NCBI GenBank assembly: GCA_043228905.1
Contig: JBHGNT010000540.1
Location: 1-21,212 of the forward strand
Length of the DNA stretch: 21,212 bases
Direction of reading: 5' to 3'
DNA from: Azolla caroliniana
Lineage: Eukaryota; Plantae; Polypodiophyta
Positions within the stretch are counted from its first letter, which is position 1. Each line of letters opens with the position of its first letter. The notes under the pieces are model-generated. The model did no database searches and was not told the origin of the DNA. It was given only the letters and a program-made list of their open reading frames with translations. Position numbers and translations under genes: made by a program. Shown piece by piece: positions 11,086 to 21,212 of this stretch.

Positions 11086-11420
11086 GTGTATTCATGCATC
11101 AACTTTCTTAATTATGTGCGCAATATTAATCTTCATTTGATTAGGAGCAAACAAAACACGTGTATTCACATATAATCTTTATTAGTTACACGCCTAATCT
11201 TATTTTCTACATGCAATTAGGAACAATATAAACATGTGTATTCCCTTAACGACTTTCTTAATTACGTACATAATGTTAATATTCATTCAATCAAGAACAA
11301 CTCGGAGTGCATGTATTCACTGATCAACGTTCCTAATTACACACGCGATCTTAAATTTTATGTGGTTAGGAGACATAAAAAAACACCATTAAGTTTCTTA
11401 ACGATGTGCCTAATCTTAAT
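11086..11420. repeat. Degenerate ~75-bp tandem repeat (4-5 units) in the divergent intergenic region
   Basis: The anchor (G/A)TGTATTC occurs at 11086, 11160, 11236 and 11311 (spacing 74, 76, 75). Variants of ACTTTCTTAATTA..., AAT(A/C)TTAAT and TTAGGA/TCAAGA follow it. Confidence 0.7.
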
Positions 11421-11671
11421 GTCATGTGATTTGAGTATGAAAGTAAAAAAAAAGTCTAATTTCCTTATAAAAATATCCCAAATTTATAAATATTAATTTG
11501 CAAATTAATTTTGTAGAGATGGATAGAAAGACCTAAAAATACAAGGAGAACAAACAAAACAATATACACACAAATTTGTGGTAGAGCGATTGCCATCAGT
11601 TTCTGCGACAAAGCAGAAAGCTCATCATCAACGTCTTCGTCCTCTTCTTTACACAGAAAATAGCTATGAAG

Positions 11672-11680
11672 AAACCCTAA
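11672..11680 (+). promoter_or_regulatory. Telo-box (AAACCCTAA) about 85 nt upstream of the LETM1-like start codon
   Basis: Exact AAACCCTAA followed by a pyrimidine-rich tract (11700-11730). Telo-boxes are established plant cis-elements near transcription starts; function here is inferred. Confidence 0.45.
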
Positions 11681-11764
11681 CAGAAAGAAAGCAAAGAAAC
11701 CCCTCATTCCTTTTCTCCCTCCCTCGCTCTCATACATATACATAATTGTACTCATAGGTACAAG

Positions 11765-14700
11765 ATGCCAACAATTACTCCTCCATTGAGCTTCGCTGAC
11801 TTGAGACATAGGTGAGTAATTCTACTTTATTTCTTCCGTTTTCTGTCCGGTTTAATTTCTTATTTCTACTATTATTTTTTGAGTATCAGCCATAATAGGT
11901 CCTTTGGAGATATTGATTTTTTTCTTTGTTACTTAATTTTTTTTACGTATTAGCTATCATGGATCCTTTGGAAAAACTCTATTTTTATATTTTAGTATTA
12001 GCTATAATGGGTCCTTGGGAGACCTCGAATTTTCCTCTCGTTTTTATCTTAGTTTTTTTATTTGCCAGAATGATTCGTTAGTGAACATAGATTCTTCTCT
12101 GGTTTATTATCTTCATATTTTGTTATAGCTATATTGGTTTTTTAGCGTTTTCTCTTTTTTTGAAATATTAACTATGATGGGTCATTTTGAGGCGTCATTT
12201 TTTCTTTCTTTCTTGGTTATTGAGTACAAGCAACGCTGGATTTTCTGGAAGCATCCGTTTTCTATGTTTATTTTGATAGTTTGAAAAATAACTACACTTG
12301 GTTCTTTGAAAGCATTATTCATTTTCCATGTTCCTTTCTTGATTGCTATATTATTTGTGACAATGTGCCTTTTGAAGCATTTCGTTTTCAATGTTTCCAG
12401 TTAGATTTTCCCCTGTGCTACCTGTAATTGGAAGGCTGTTTGGAAGTTTCAAATTTTTTATTTTTGAAGCATTTCCGTTTCCATGTTTTCTGCTTGATTT
12501 TGGCTTTGGTGCTAGCTGTAATTGGTAGGCTCTTTATAAGCTTCAAATTTCTATTATTCTATTTTCTATCCATTTTTTCAATGATAGCGACGGTATGTAT
12601 TGCTTAATAAGTTCTTCAAATCTTCATTTTTAAATATTTAAAAAAATATTATCTGTATGGCCTATAATGGGTTCTTCGGAAGCATCAGATTTTTCCATGT
12701 TTTTGATTTGCTTTCGTTACTTTATGTATATATTATGTATTGAGGCCAGGCAGTTTAATTGTCGATCCTTTAGTAAACGACATGGTGATTTAGTGTTCTT
12801 GGAAGCTTGAACATCTTTTTCCTGTTCATTGTGTGTTTTGTATTTGGTATTTGAATATTAATTAAATGTATCCCTGGATGGCATTGCCGTCTTTCTATTT
12901 GATGTTCAATGAGTTGTTGGAGGTGCCATTTCAATTTTTTTTCAGTCTTTGGTATATTGCATGTTCTTTTTGGAGCATTAGATTAGCTAAATGTAAATTA
13001 ATGTCCTTGGTTAATGGGTCCTCACATTTATTAATTTTTCCTTCTTGTGTTGCAGCTCTTCCATCCACCCTCTCTCTTTCTCCATCTACCCAATTCGCAA
13101 GGTTTTGCGGAACTCTCAATCCCATGGTCTGGTTCTTCATAAGCTCTGCTGGGTTATCTACAGAGAACACTATCATCAGCAGGGGAATCGTGCTCGAAGG
13201 TTTTTTACATTTGCAAGCTCAGATGATGGCAATGGTGTCTCTTCCAATAGTGATACAAGCGCTTATGTAGAAATAGAGCTAGAAGAGACAAGATCAAAGC
13301 TTAATGCATCTTTTCAGCTTAGTGAAGCCGGAGTTGATTATACCCAAGCTTTACATGAAGCAGCGAGGAAGTTCCAATTAGCTGCGGAACAACATGAGTC
13401 ACTAAGAAAAAATGGTTGGTTTTCAAAGTCATGGCTAGGAGTCGATCAAATTTCTTGGATAAAGCCTGTTTCTTATCAGGCAAGTTGAAAGGCTATGTTT
13501 TATAATGAAATATTTTTCAATATCCACTCTTACTTTCTCAATGATATATCTGTATAGGCAGCCGTCCATTCCTTGTTACAAGCTGTCCTTGAAATTGCAT
13601 CGAGAGGTCATGGAGGGGATAGAGATACCCATGTTTTTGTACAGAGAAGGTAACTCTATACTCATTGAAATCTTTGAGCATTGTATACTTGGTAATCTTT
13701 CGTGTTGCCTGTGATTGACCGTATTTATGTCTTTTCTTTTACCAAACTCAATTGTTATTTCTGTTCTTCTGAAATTTGATTTGTATGCAGCATTTCTCGG
13801 CAACTTAACCCACTTCAGGAGTCTATTAATCAGCAGTTTTCAGCTAGAAACACCAATGTAGATGCCTATTTCTGGTCTGAACAGCATCCTCTTGCAGTGG
13901 CAAGTTTTGTGGACTTGCTGGAACGTGATCCAAGATTCACAACTGTTACTTCAGTGTATGTCTCTTATAGTAGTGACAAAGTGATCAAACAATTCTGCAT
14001 ATATATTTCAAAGTTTGATTTATGGCACCATTTTGTTTTTCCTAATAGAGGCTGGGAGGGTGCATCTGTGTGCCCTAGCATTGCAAGTGATGTGAGTCTT
14101 ATGACCCTGGCAATCAGCAGTGCAGCTGCAATAGTAAAACTTGGATCAGCAAAGCTCTCCTGTGCTCCCTTTTTCTCAACTTTAATGGACGAGATAGGCC
14201 GATTAATGGATATGCTTGTGGATTTTCTGGCCATCGACCAAGTTTACAACTTTGCATCCAGTGTGGGTCTCCGGAATCAGTTTCTTGGTTACTTTGGTCC
14301 ACGAGCTGTGAGATGCCAATATTCTGGTGAAGGAGGGGAAGAAAGAACATTTTGGGTTGACATTGTACAGAAGCTTCTACGGGGTGCTATAGTTAGGGAA
14401 CACATAAGAACAAAGCTGACAGCTTATGATAGCATTGAGGTATGTTTTATTCACCTTGTTACATGACTTTGTGGTCTTAAAGCAGGCACACATCTAAATA
14501 CTTGATAGAAGGTACAACTTGACTTTCACATGGCAAACTTATATCGGGAAAAAAAACTTTTGAATGTTTCTTGCCTTCGAATAATCCAATCTTTCCGACC
14601 ACAAAATTGAAACATTATTGTCTCGGAAAACTGAAGTTAAAACAAGAAAGAAATAAAAGGTGTATTAACATCTCTTTAGATGCCAAAATGTCATAGGAGA

Positions 14701-17700
14701 CCAAGAAATGGTAAACTCATAATTTCTATTCATGCAGAAAGAAAAGATCATTGAGCTGACTGTAAACTAAGTATAAAATATAGTCTAGTATGTAAATAAA
14801 TGAGGAACTGTAGTAATGAACGCAGCTGTCCGTCTGAGGTGAGAAACAACATGATCTTGCCTAGAGAATCCCAAATATCCTTGTGAGTATCATCTCAAAA
14901 TGTAGGTATTGAAGAGCTCCCTTTTTTGTACCTAAACTGGTTTAAATTAGACAGCATGTGCAAGAATCTCTCTCTCTCTCTCTCCCTCTTTCAATTAACT
15001 ATAATATACATTCATTATCAACCCTCTTTCTCTCTCTCAATTAGCTTTGACTCAATAATAATCGTTCATTTCATCAACTCTCATTTGAATAGTGTTGCGT
15101 GCTCATCATTTTTACAAGATATGCAGCATGGAAAATATTTCCTCATCAATTGTTATCCTGAAAATGAGAAGTGATGGAGACGTACCCATGCATGTAGAAA
15201 ATACTTCATTGAAATTTATTGGCTTGTTTCTTATTTATAAGACTATATGGAAAAGAAACAAAATTTCGAGATGCCATTTCTCCTCGCAAACAAAACTGCA
15301 ACCGAAAGGTATATACAGATTATGAGTTTCTATGGAGCTAAAAATAAATAGCAATGCAGGATTAGAATTTGGAATAAGGTTTACAGGCCAAAAACGGCAG
15401 TGTTTTCAGTTTGGAAATTTGAGGAAAGAAACCGAAGTATGTATACAAAAAAGGAAAAGTACAGCATAAATTTCAGGATTCTGTATTCTGTTTGGATTGT
15501 TGAGTGTATTGTAGTGGTTGTGGTTATCTGAAGCAGCTATTCAATGCAGTGTTCATTGGCAGTTAAAATTACTTAAAATTGTGTATGTCAGGTACTAGAA
15601 AGAGATTTGGCAGTTTTTGGCTTTTTTGCTGCCTTAGGAAGGAGAACTCAAAGATTCCTTATTGCTAATAATTGTGGTGATTCAGATGAAACCATTGCAG
15701 ATTTACTGCGGTAAGCTGTTCAGGGTCACGTTGATGCAATTGATTACGTAATTGCTAATCCCCTGTTTTAATAATAAAACTTACACTCCAGGTATCTAAT
15801 TGGAGGTAGCATTTCATTCTATCCTCAGCTTGCTTCCCTTAATACTTACGAGCTCTTCATTGAGGTACGTCTGAGTTTGGTCTGTGTCACTCAAAAAACT
15901 TTATATAGTTGTAACAGTAATAGCAAGCTATTACTAACATTATTGGACCTCTCATCCTTAGGGGTATAAACTAATTCTAAACACTGTTAATGTCCTACAA
16001 AGTATAGGCAGAAAAAGAAGAAGAAAGAAAGATATATTAACATCTCGAAAATACCATAATGCACTGCTTAGGAGATTTGACAAAGTTCACAAATATTTAT
16101 GTCAATTCATCAATGGGAGTAACAAAAGAAAAATGTTTTTCTACATTAAATATCATGAATAATCAACAATCAGGGCTGCTGCCTGATCATTGAAACTGAA
16201 AATTTCCACCCTCTGAAAATTTGAGATTTCAGTGAATAGTATGATGTTTAAGGCACTTGACATGCTCATGTAGGTTGCCTGTGAGGAGATGGAATGGCTA
16301 CCTTTCTATCCTGCCCCTGCTTCAACATCAAGTAATGGACATAACGAACAATCATCATCACCAAATTTGGAAGCTATTATTCTAGGTTTAGATCAATGCT
16401 CACAATGGATTAGTGACTTTTTAAAATATGGCACTTGGGTTCAACAACCGGCTGGTGCCCGTGCATTATCTTTCCTGTTAAGAAGGTAAAATAAAAGTGC
16501 ACATGAATTGTGGATGGCTGGACTGTATGAATGGAGTAGAAATGATATATATTATAGGTCTAATGCTATTCATGATTTGTATTTTAAGTTGTAACATTTG
16601 AAGTCCCTATTCCAGCCAAGCTCGGTTGAATGAGTGCAATCAATCATACCCTAATACAACCCATCAAAAGACATCCAAGTGAGTGGTATAGCGTTCTGTT
16701 TGAATTTTTTCTTTCTAAATATCTAACCTAGTTTCAAGGATGCATGGGGAGCAGGATATATTAATGATGATATTGATAGCCAAAACTACCTTCAGTAGTG
16801 TTATCCTGATTTTTGCAAATAGTTTGATTTGGCCAGCAAAAGTTCAATGGATATGGCACTTCAAGCTTCATCCTTTAAGGATATAGGAACTGGTACTGGG
16901 ATAAGAAACAAGAGCTCACCTGATTCAGAGATCTACAGGAAAAACTTCAACTCTTATGAGAAGATGAACGAACAAGATATGGATTTGGATGGTGCTGGAA
17001 AGATGGAACAGCTAATACTTTTTGACAAGGTTTTTGAAACCCTCCTCAATTTTCTTGTTACTGAAATAATATGTAATATACAACTTAATAGAAGTTAACT
17101 ATTTCTTTCTATCAGTTTGTTGAAGCATTTAACAACTAGTATCAAGAAGACTTTATTACTACTTGTGAGCCATAATTTGTCCAAGAGGCTTATGACATTT
17201 GTCTATGTGGTATCATAGAGAATTTCATAGGGTCAATAAGAAGTACAAGTGAAGATTTATAAGCAAGTTAAGGATATTTGATGAGTTAGTCCATTCTCGT
17301 TGGCAAGGCTTTCGCTAGATAACGTCTTCTCTCCACAATGTCCCTGAAGTCCATGGCAATGTGCTGTCTGAGTTTTTGGCTTTTATTGATTTGATAGCAT
17401 GATGTGGTACATATTTTTTACTTTTATTGATTTGATCCCATGAAGTGTGTAAGTCTGTTGATATACCTACTTGTTTTCATAAGCTCTCACATTAGATGCT
17501 TTTCAGATTTTCTCTTGGCTCTATTTAACAAAGGGTTAAGAATTCACATTGGCTACATCCTATCCCATAGTAGTAAAAAGGATTAAATATTGCCTTCAAT
17601 GACTATAATTAGGTTGGTTACATCCTAATTCTTGGGAGTGTAAAAAAAATAAAATTGGCTTCAATAATTGTAATTTTCTTTTTTTTGTTTTCTTCTTTTT

Positions 17701-20700
17701 CTTATTCTTCATTGTGCCCACTCTGTCAATCTGGAAGGTAAATACTGTTTATTAAATCCCTGTGACAACCTTAAAAAGTATTTATTTATTCAGAGATTCC
17801 CTAAACCTACTAGAGTCATGCGTAATGATAGAAATGCTACATCCTTGAATGGCCTTGCTTTGCTGAATATATCTTAGAAGAATGCTGTATAATAGTTTGT
17901 CAACAGTGGAATATTTTTAACATCATTATAATTGAACTAAACGGAACAGGAGTTGCAAGATGTAGATGAAGCCTTAAGAAGATTAGAATGCTTGTTACCA
18001 GAGCAAGAGGGTCCAGGAAAAGGATATCTTACTGCAGCTTGCACAAATCTTGAAACAATACGCCGATTGAAAAAAGAAGTGGAGATGCTTGAAGATTCGC
18101 TAAGGAAAAAAGCTAAGGCCATGTTGCAGGTGTCTGGATGATTCTACCTCTTGCCAATGTCTTTATGAGCATTGAAAAAATATATGGAGAAGAATCCTCA
18201 CTTTTGTGTTTGTGTTTGAACACCAAACAGGCAGAGAGCCCACTACTTCAGCAACAGAGAAGGGAGAAAAACAGGCGAGGAAAGATAAGCTCGCAGTCTG
18301 ATAGACAGCAAGAACAAATAAGGCATTTGCAAATCTTTGTTATCTGTTTTTCAATGATATTAATCTTGTGGCACAGTATCCTAATTATTTGATGATATTA
18401 TTTGAACTTAAAAACAGGTCAAGCAATGACGCCAGCAAGCTAGAGTGGGTTTCCAAGGTATTGTGGAAGTTTAGGGGAACATTTGATAGTAACTTGCAAA
18501 TTTCAGAAACGATACAAAAAGTTGAAAGGAAATCAAAAGAGAGAATGAGAGAAACAAAAAGAAAAATTGTCTTTTTCTATGTTAGCTTATTAAATTTTAA
18601 TTGTCTTGAAATAGAATGACGCATAACAATCAGGTTTGGGGGGGTATAATGAACTATTCATCACTTCACCTTACGCATGACAGTTCTTGCATAATAATAA
18701 ACCCAAAATATTTGCATCTAACCTTTCATATCATCTTCCAGGAAGATGGAGTAGCATCACCTCTTACCCTTCCAGAAGCTTCTTCAACTACAGAGATTGA
18801 TAGTTTTGAGCTTTTGAGGCAGGAATTGATGGATCTTGAAAGGCGTGTGAAAGAAACTTCAGGCAAGCATTTAAATGGGCAGGCAAGACTTTCATCACTA
18901 GAATCTTCCCACTGTAAATGAGAAACGTGTTCAGTTAATTGTAGAGACCAAAATTCATTAAAAGGATTCCACTTGGAAACTCCTACTCCTTTTATGTGTG
19001 CATACTTTTTCTCTAAGACTTTCATCACTTGAATCTTCCCACTGTAAATGAGAAATGTGTTTATTAAATTGTAAGCATAGGCTTTATAGAGACCAAAATG
19101 CATTGAAAGGAGCCCTCTTGCAAACTCTTAACTCCTTTTATTTGTGCATACTTTTTCTCTGTTTGGGCGTATATTCAAGCCACAGCATGTATTTTAGTTG
19201 AAATCTTGGCATTGTTTCTTCCAGGATACATCATTTCAGAGCAGTGGAGGTGAAGATGAGGGCAAACTGTCATCTGTATCAAGTGGTGCAAGTAATGAAG
19301 CTTCTATTAAGGGAGATATTATCACCCAATCCTTAGAGAAGATCAAAGAAACAACTACTGTAATACATTCTTTTCTTTGTTCTGATGAATGCCACTATAT
19401 GTTTCTTTCATACCAATAACCATATAAATTTTAACAGCTAGTTCAAGATTTAAATTGGTTACATTTAAACAGGATGTTTGGAGGGGAACACAGCTACTTG
19501 CAACAGATGTTGCTGCAGCTACAGCGCTTCTGAAAAGGAGTGCTTCTGGTGAGGAGTTAACAGAAAGGGAAAATAAGGTTTTGAAAAGGACATTAACCGA
19601 CATGGCTTCTGTCATACCAATTGGAATTCTGATGCTTCTACCTGTAAGACTCTTCCATGACCTTCATCATGTTTCTGATATTCCATCACTAGTTAGAAAG
19701 GTCATAACCCTACGTGAATGTCTTTGAAGGCATACCACTTCAGGGAGGTTTAAGGTAGATGCAAATTCAATGAATAACATTGGTTTAAAAAACAGTGATT
19801 CAGGACTCCAAATAACGTAATGTTCTGCATGTATGATGTATCTAGCATTCAACTGCACATATATGTATGTAAATATGTATAATCGATACAAATGTTCATG
19901 GGCACATATAGGGGCATTTATCACACAAATTTCTGGTTCAAATTTTTATCTCCTTTCTGATGCTAAACAGAAAGAAAGCACAATCTAATGTATCTTAAAA
20001 GGCCAAACAAGATATTACATCTTAAAATGTCACCTCATCTATGAGAACAACCAACAGAAATGTAACTACATTAAAAATAAATAAAAAAGTGAATAAAGAA
20101 TATCGTCATCTAAAGATGTAAGATTCTCAAGTCAGATAGCTTGTAGTTTGTTTTTGAAAGATATCCACAATGGTTGATCCAGAATGGAGAGATCTCTGAA
20201 GTGAGGGAAGCACCTGTTATTGCTAGAGATAACCTTTATTTGTTGATGACGAGGGTGGCGTCAACAAATTGATATTGCTTATCTAGTGTACCCCCTTTGC
20301 ATTGTCCTTGTCGGAACCCCACTTGTGCAGCCATTGATTGACTTGTAGCATGAGTAGAAGTGATGGGGTTAAAGAAAGTTGTGATTGTTGTTTGTATGGT
20401 TGTATTGTTTTTTTCCTTCAACTTCTCCCTGTGTCTCGAGTTCTAACAAAAATAGTCCCAAGCACCGTTGGTCCTCATATTCCAGTGCCTTGCATAGTGG
20501 ACCACAGGCCTAGTTAAAGAGGTTATGTTATGTCCTTATTTCTTAAAAAACAGTATGGCGTTCTTCTGGTTCTGCTCCATACGTGTATGACATGATCAGT
20601 TGGAAATAGAATAATGTCTTTTGCTGATGGTATTTAAATGCATCCACACAGGTCACAGCTGTGGGACATGCAGCAATTCTTGCAGCAATACAGAGATATG

Positions 20701-20961
20701 CCCCTGGAATGGTAGGAAACATGGAATGCATCACTTCTCTGCCCATGGAATACTTTAAAAAAGACATGTTTATTTTTATTAATGTGTCCATATCAAAACT
20801 GACAGATACCATCTGCATATGCGCGAGAAAGGCTTGACCTCATCAAACAACTAGAACAGATTAGAGAGATGGGCAATGCAGATAGTTGGGATGAAAAAAA
20901 GGTACTTACTCTTCCGAGTGCAGACACAAATGTACAGAGTAGCAGAGGGTCAGATGATTGA
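11765..20961 (+). CDS. LETM1-like protein (long plant type with C-terminal LETM1-like hydrophobic segment; At3g11560-like), probably chloroplast-targeted
   Basis: Phase-consistent exons: 11765-11811, 13056-13479, 13558-13649, 13791-13955, 14049-14439, 15592-15710, 15792-15864, 16274-16485, 16616-16678, 16837-17029, 17950-18129, 18231-18322 (donor uncertain), 18418-18457 (or to 18520), 18742-18882, 19225-19359, 19473-19643, 20652-20711, 20806-20961 (TGA). About 917 aa as listed. Recognisable family segments: VLERDLAVFGFFAALGRRT, EVACEEMEWLPFYP, and DVWRGTQLLATDVAAATALLKR...LKRTLTDMASVIPIGILMLLPVTAVGHAAILAAIQRYAPGMIPSAY. The N-terminus is transit-peptide-like, up to about RRFFTFASS. Confidence 0.88.
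11885..12810. repeat. Degenerate tandem array (~55-65 bp units) filling intron 1 of the LETM1-like gene
   Basis: TAGCTATAATGGGTCCTTTGGA-like cores recur at about 11886, 11950, 11998, 12168 and 12658. GAAGC(A/T)T motifs followed by T-rich tracts recur at about 12249, 12309, 12374, 12465, 12679 and 12801. Confidence 0.55.
14644..14711 (-). repeat. Same dispersed (TTTC)n-tailed family, short diverged copy
   Basis: AAGAAAGAAATAAAAGGTGTATTAACATCTCTTTAGATGCCAAAATGTCATAGGAGACCAAGAAATGG resembles the reverse complement of ~2120-2186. Confidence 0.55.
14967..14990. repeat. (CT)n microsatellite in a LETM1-like intron
   Basis: TCTCTCTCTCTCTCTCTCCCTCTT read directly from the sequence. Confidence 0.8.
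16009..16060 (-). repeat. 52-bp element, copy B (identical to 10213-10264), in LETM1-like intron 7
   Basis: Exact 52/52 match to copy A. Confidence 0.95.
18885..19160 (+). repeat. Direct tandem duplication (130 bp + 146 bp) in LETM1-like intron 14
   Basis: Copy 1 (18885-19014) and copy 2 (19015-19160) both start AAGACTTTCATCACT(A/T)GAATCTTCCCACTGTAAATGAGAAA and end TGTGCATACTTTTTCTCT. Copy 2 carries an extra internal stretch of about 16 nt. Confidence 0.92.
19968..20230 (-). repeat. Same dispersed (TTTC)n-tailed family, long copy in LETM1-like intron 16 (may extend to ~20420)
   Basis: CAGAAAGAAAG...TATCTTAAAAGGCCAAA...ATTACATCTTAAAATGTCACCTCATCT matches 1480-1545. The segment 20175-20217 is the reverse complement of ~1920-1962 with few mismatches. 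Confidence 0.7.
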
Positions 20962-21212
20962 TTAATTGGTTTCATTGATGTATGTAAATTATGGTTTTTG
21001 GCATCATAGAGAACTGGTGAAACTGATTATTCAAATTTCCTCTGATTCTCCATTAAACGAAGTGTATATGGAGGAGACATCTTTGATCATAAGACATTCA
21101 TTAAAGAATTCAGATTACATGTGAAAAATATAAAATATTGGAGTTAATTTTAACCACATGTGAATTGGACCCATTTCATTATATGATATGTACAGTAAAA
21201 GACTAGTAACTG

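Noticed and set aside
11086-11420. Regularly spaced ~75-bp repeats as a CRISPR-like array
   Set aside because: The units are degenerate along their whole length, with no invariant repeat and unique spacer structure. There are no cas genes and the context is eukaryotic.
11465-11809. 114-aa minus-strand ORF with an acidic run and hydrophobic segments
   Set aside because: It is the antisense reading of the LETM1-like promoter/5' UTR. Its composition is explained by CT- and A-rich tracts, and I see no homology. It cannot be fully excluded without expression data.
16821-16836. Acceptor AG at 16821-16822 for LETM1-like exon 10
   Set aside because: It gives phase 0, which is incompatible with the phase-2 donor at 16678/16679. 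The CAG ending at 16836 restores the frame.
20236-20421. ORF containing AQVGFRQG...TLD, resembling the LINE RT QAGFR motif
   Set aside because: The match is short and the expected downstream DH/FVDF motifs are absent. The region may be retroelement-derived, but this motif assignment is not supportable.

Overview
AT-rich, intron-containing land-plant nuclear DNA (a fern-like, non-seed plant is my weak guess), with no prokaryotic system visible. I reconstructed three spliced genes by hand from splice sites and reading frame. (1) The 3' part of a six-repeat Kelch protein on +, 528-5018; its 5' end is outside the window. (2) A complete 5-exon EngB/YihA-family GTPase with a probable organellar transit peptide on -, 7548-10103, 314 aa. 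(3) A complete gene of about 18 exons for a LETM1-like protein, probably plastid-targeted, on +, 11765-20961, about 900-940 aa, with at least two GC-AG introns. Genes 2 and 3 are head-to-head; genes 1 and 2 are tail-to-tail. Introns and spacers hold a rearranged LINE reverse-transcriptase relic, six copies of a dispersed (TTTC)n-tailed repeat family (two are a perfect 52-bp pair), a probable hAT-type transposon end, a probable Ty3/gypsy integrase relic and several degenerate tandem repeats. The most interesting signal is GTPase intron 1: the exon-junction sequence occurs three times in register (donor, mid-intron, acceptor). This suggests intron birth by tandem duplication and leaves a possible recursive AG|GT splice site in mid-intron.
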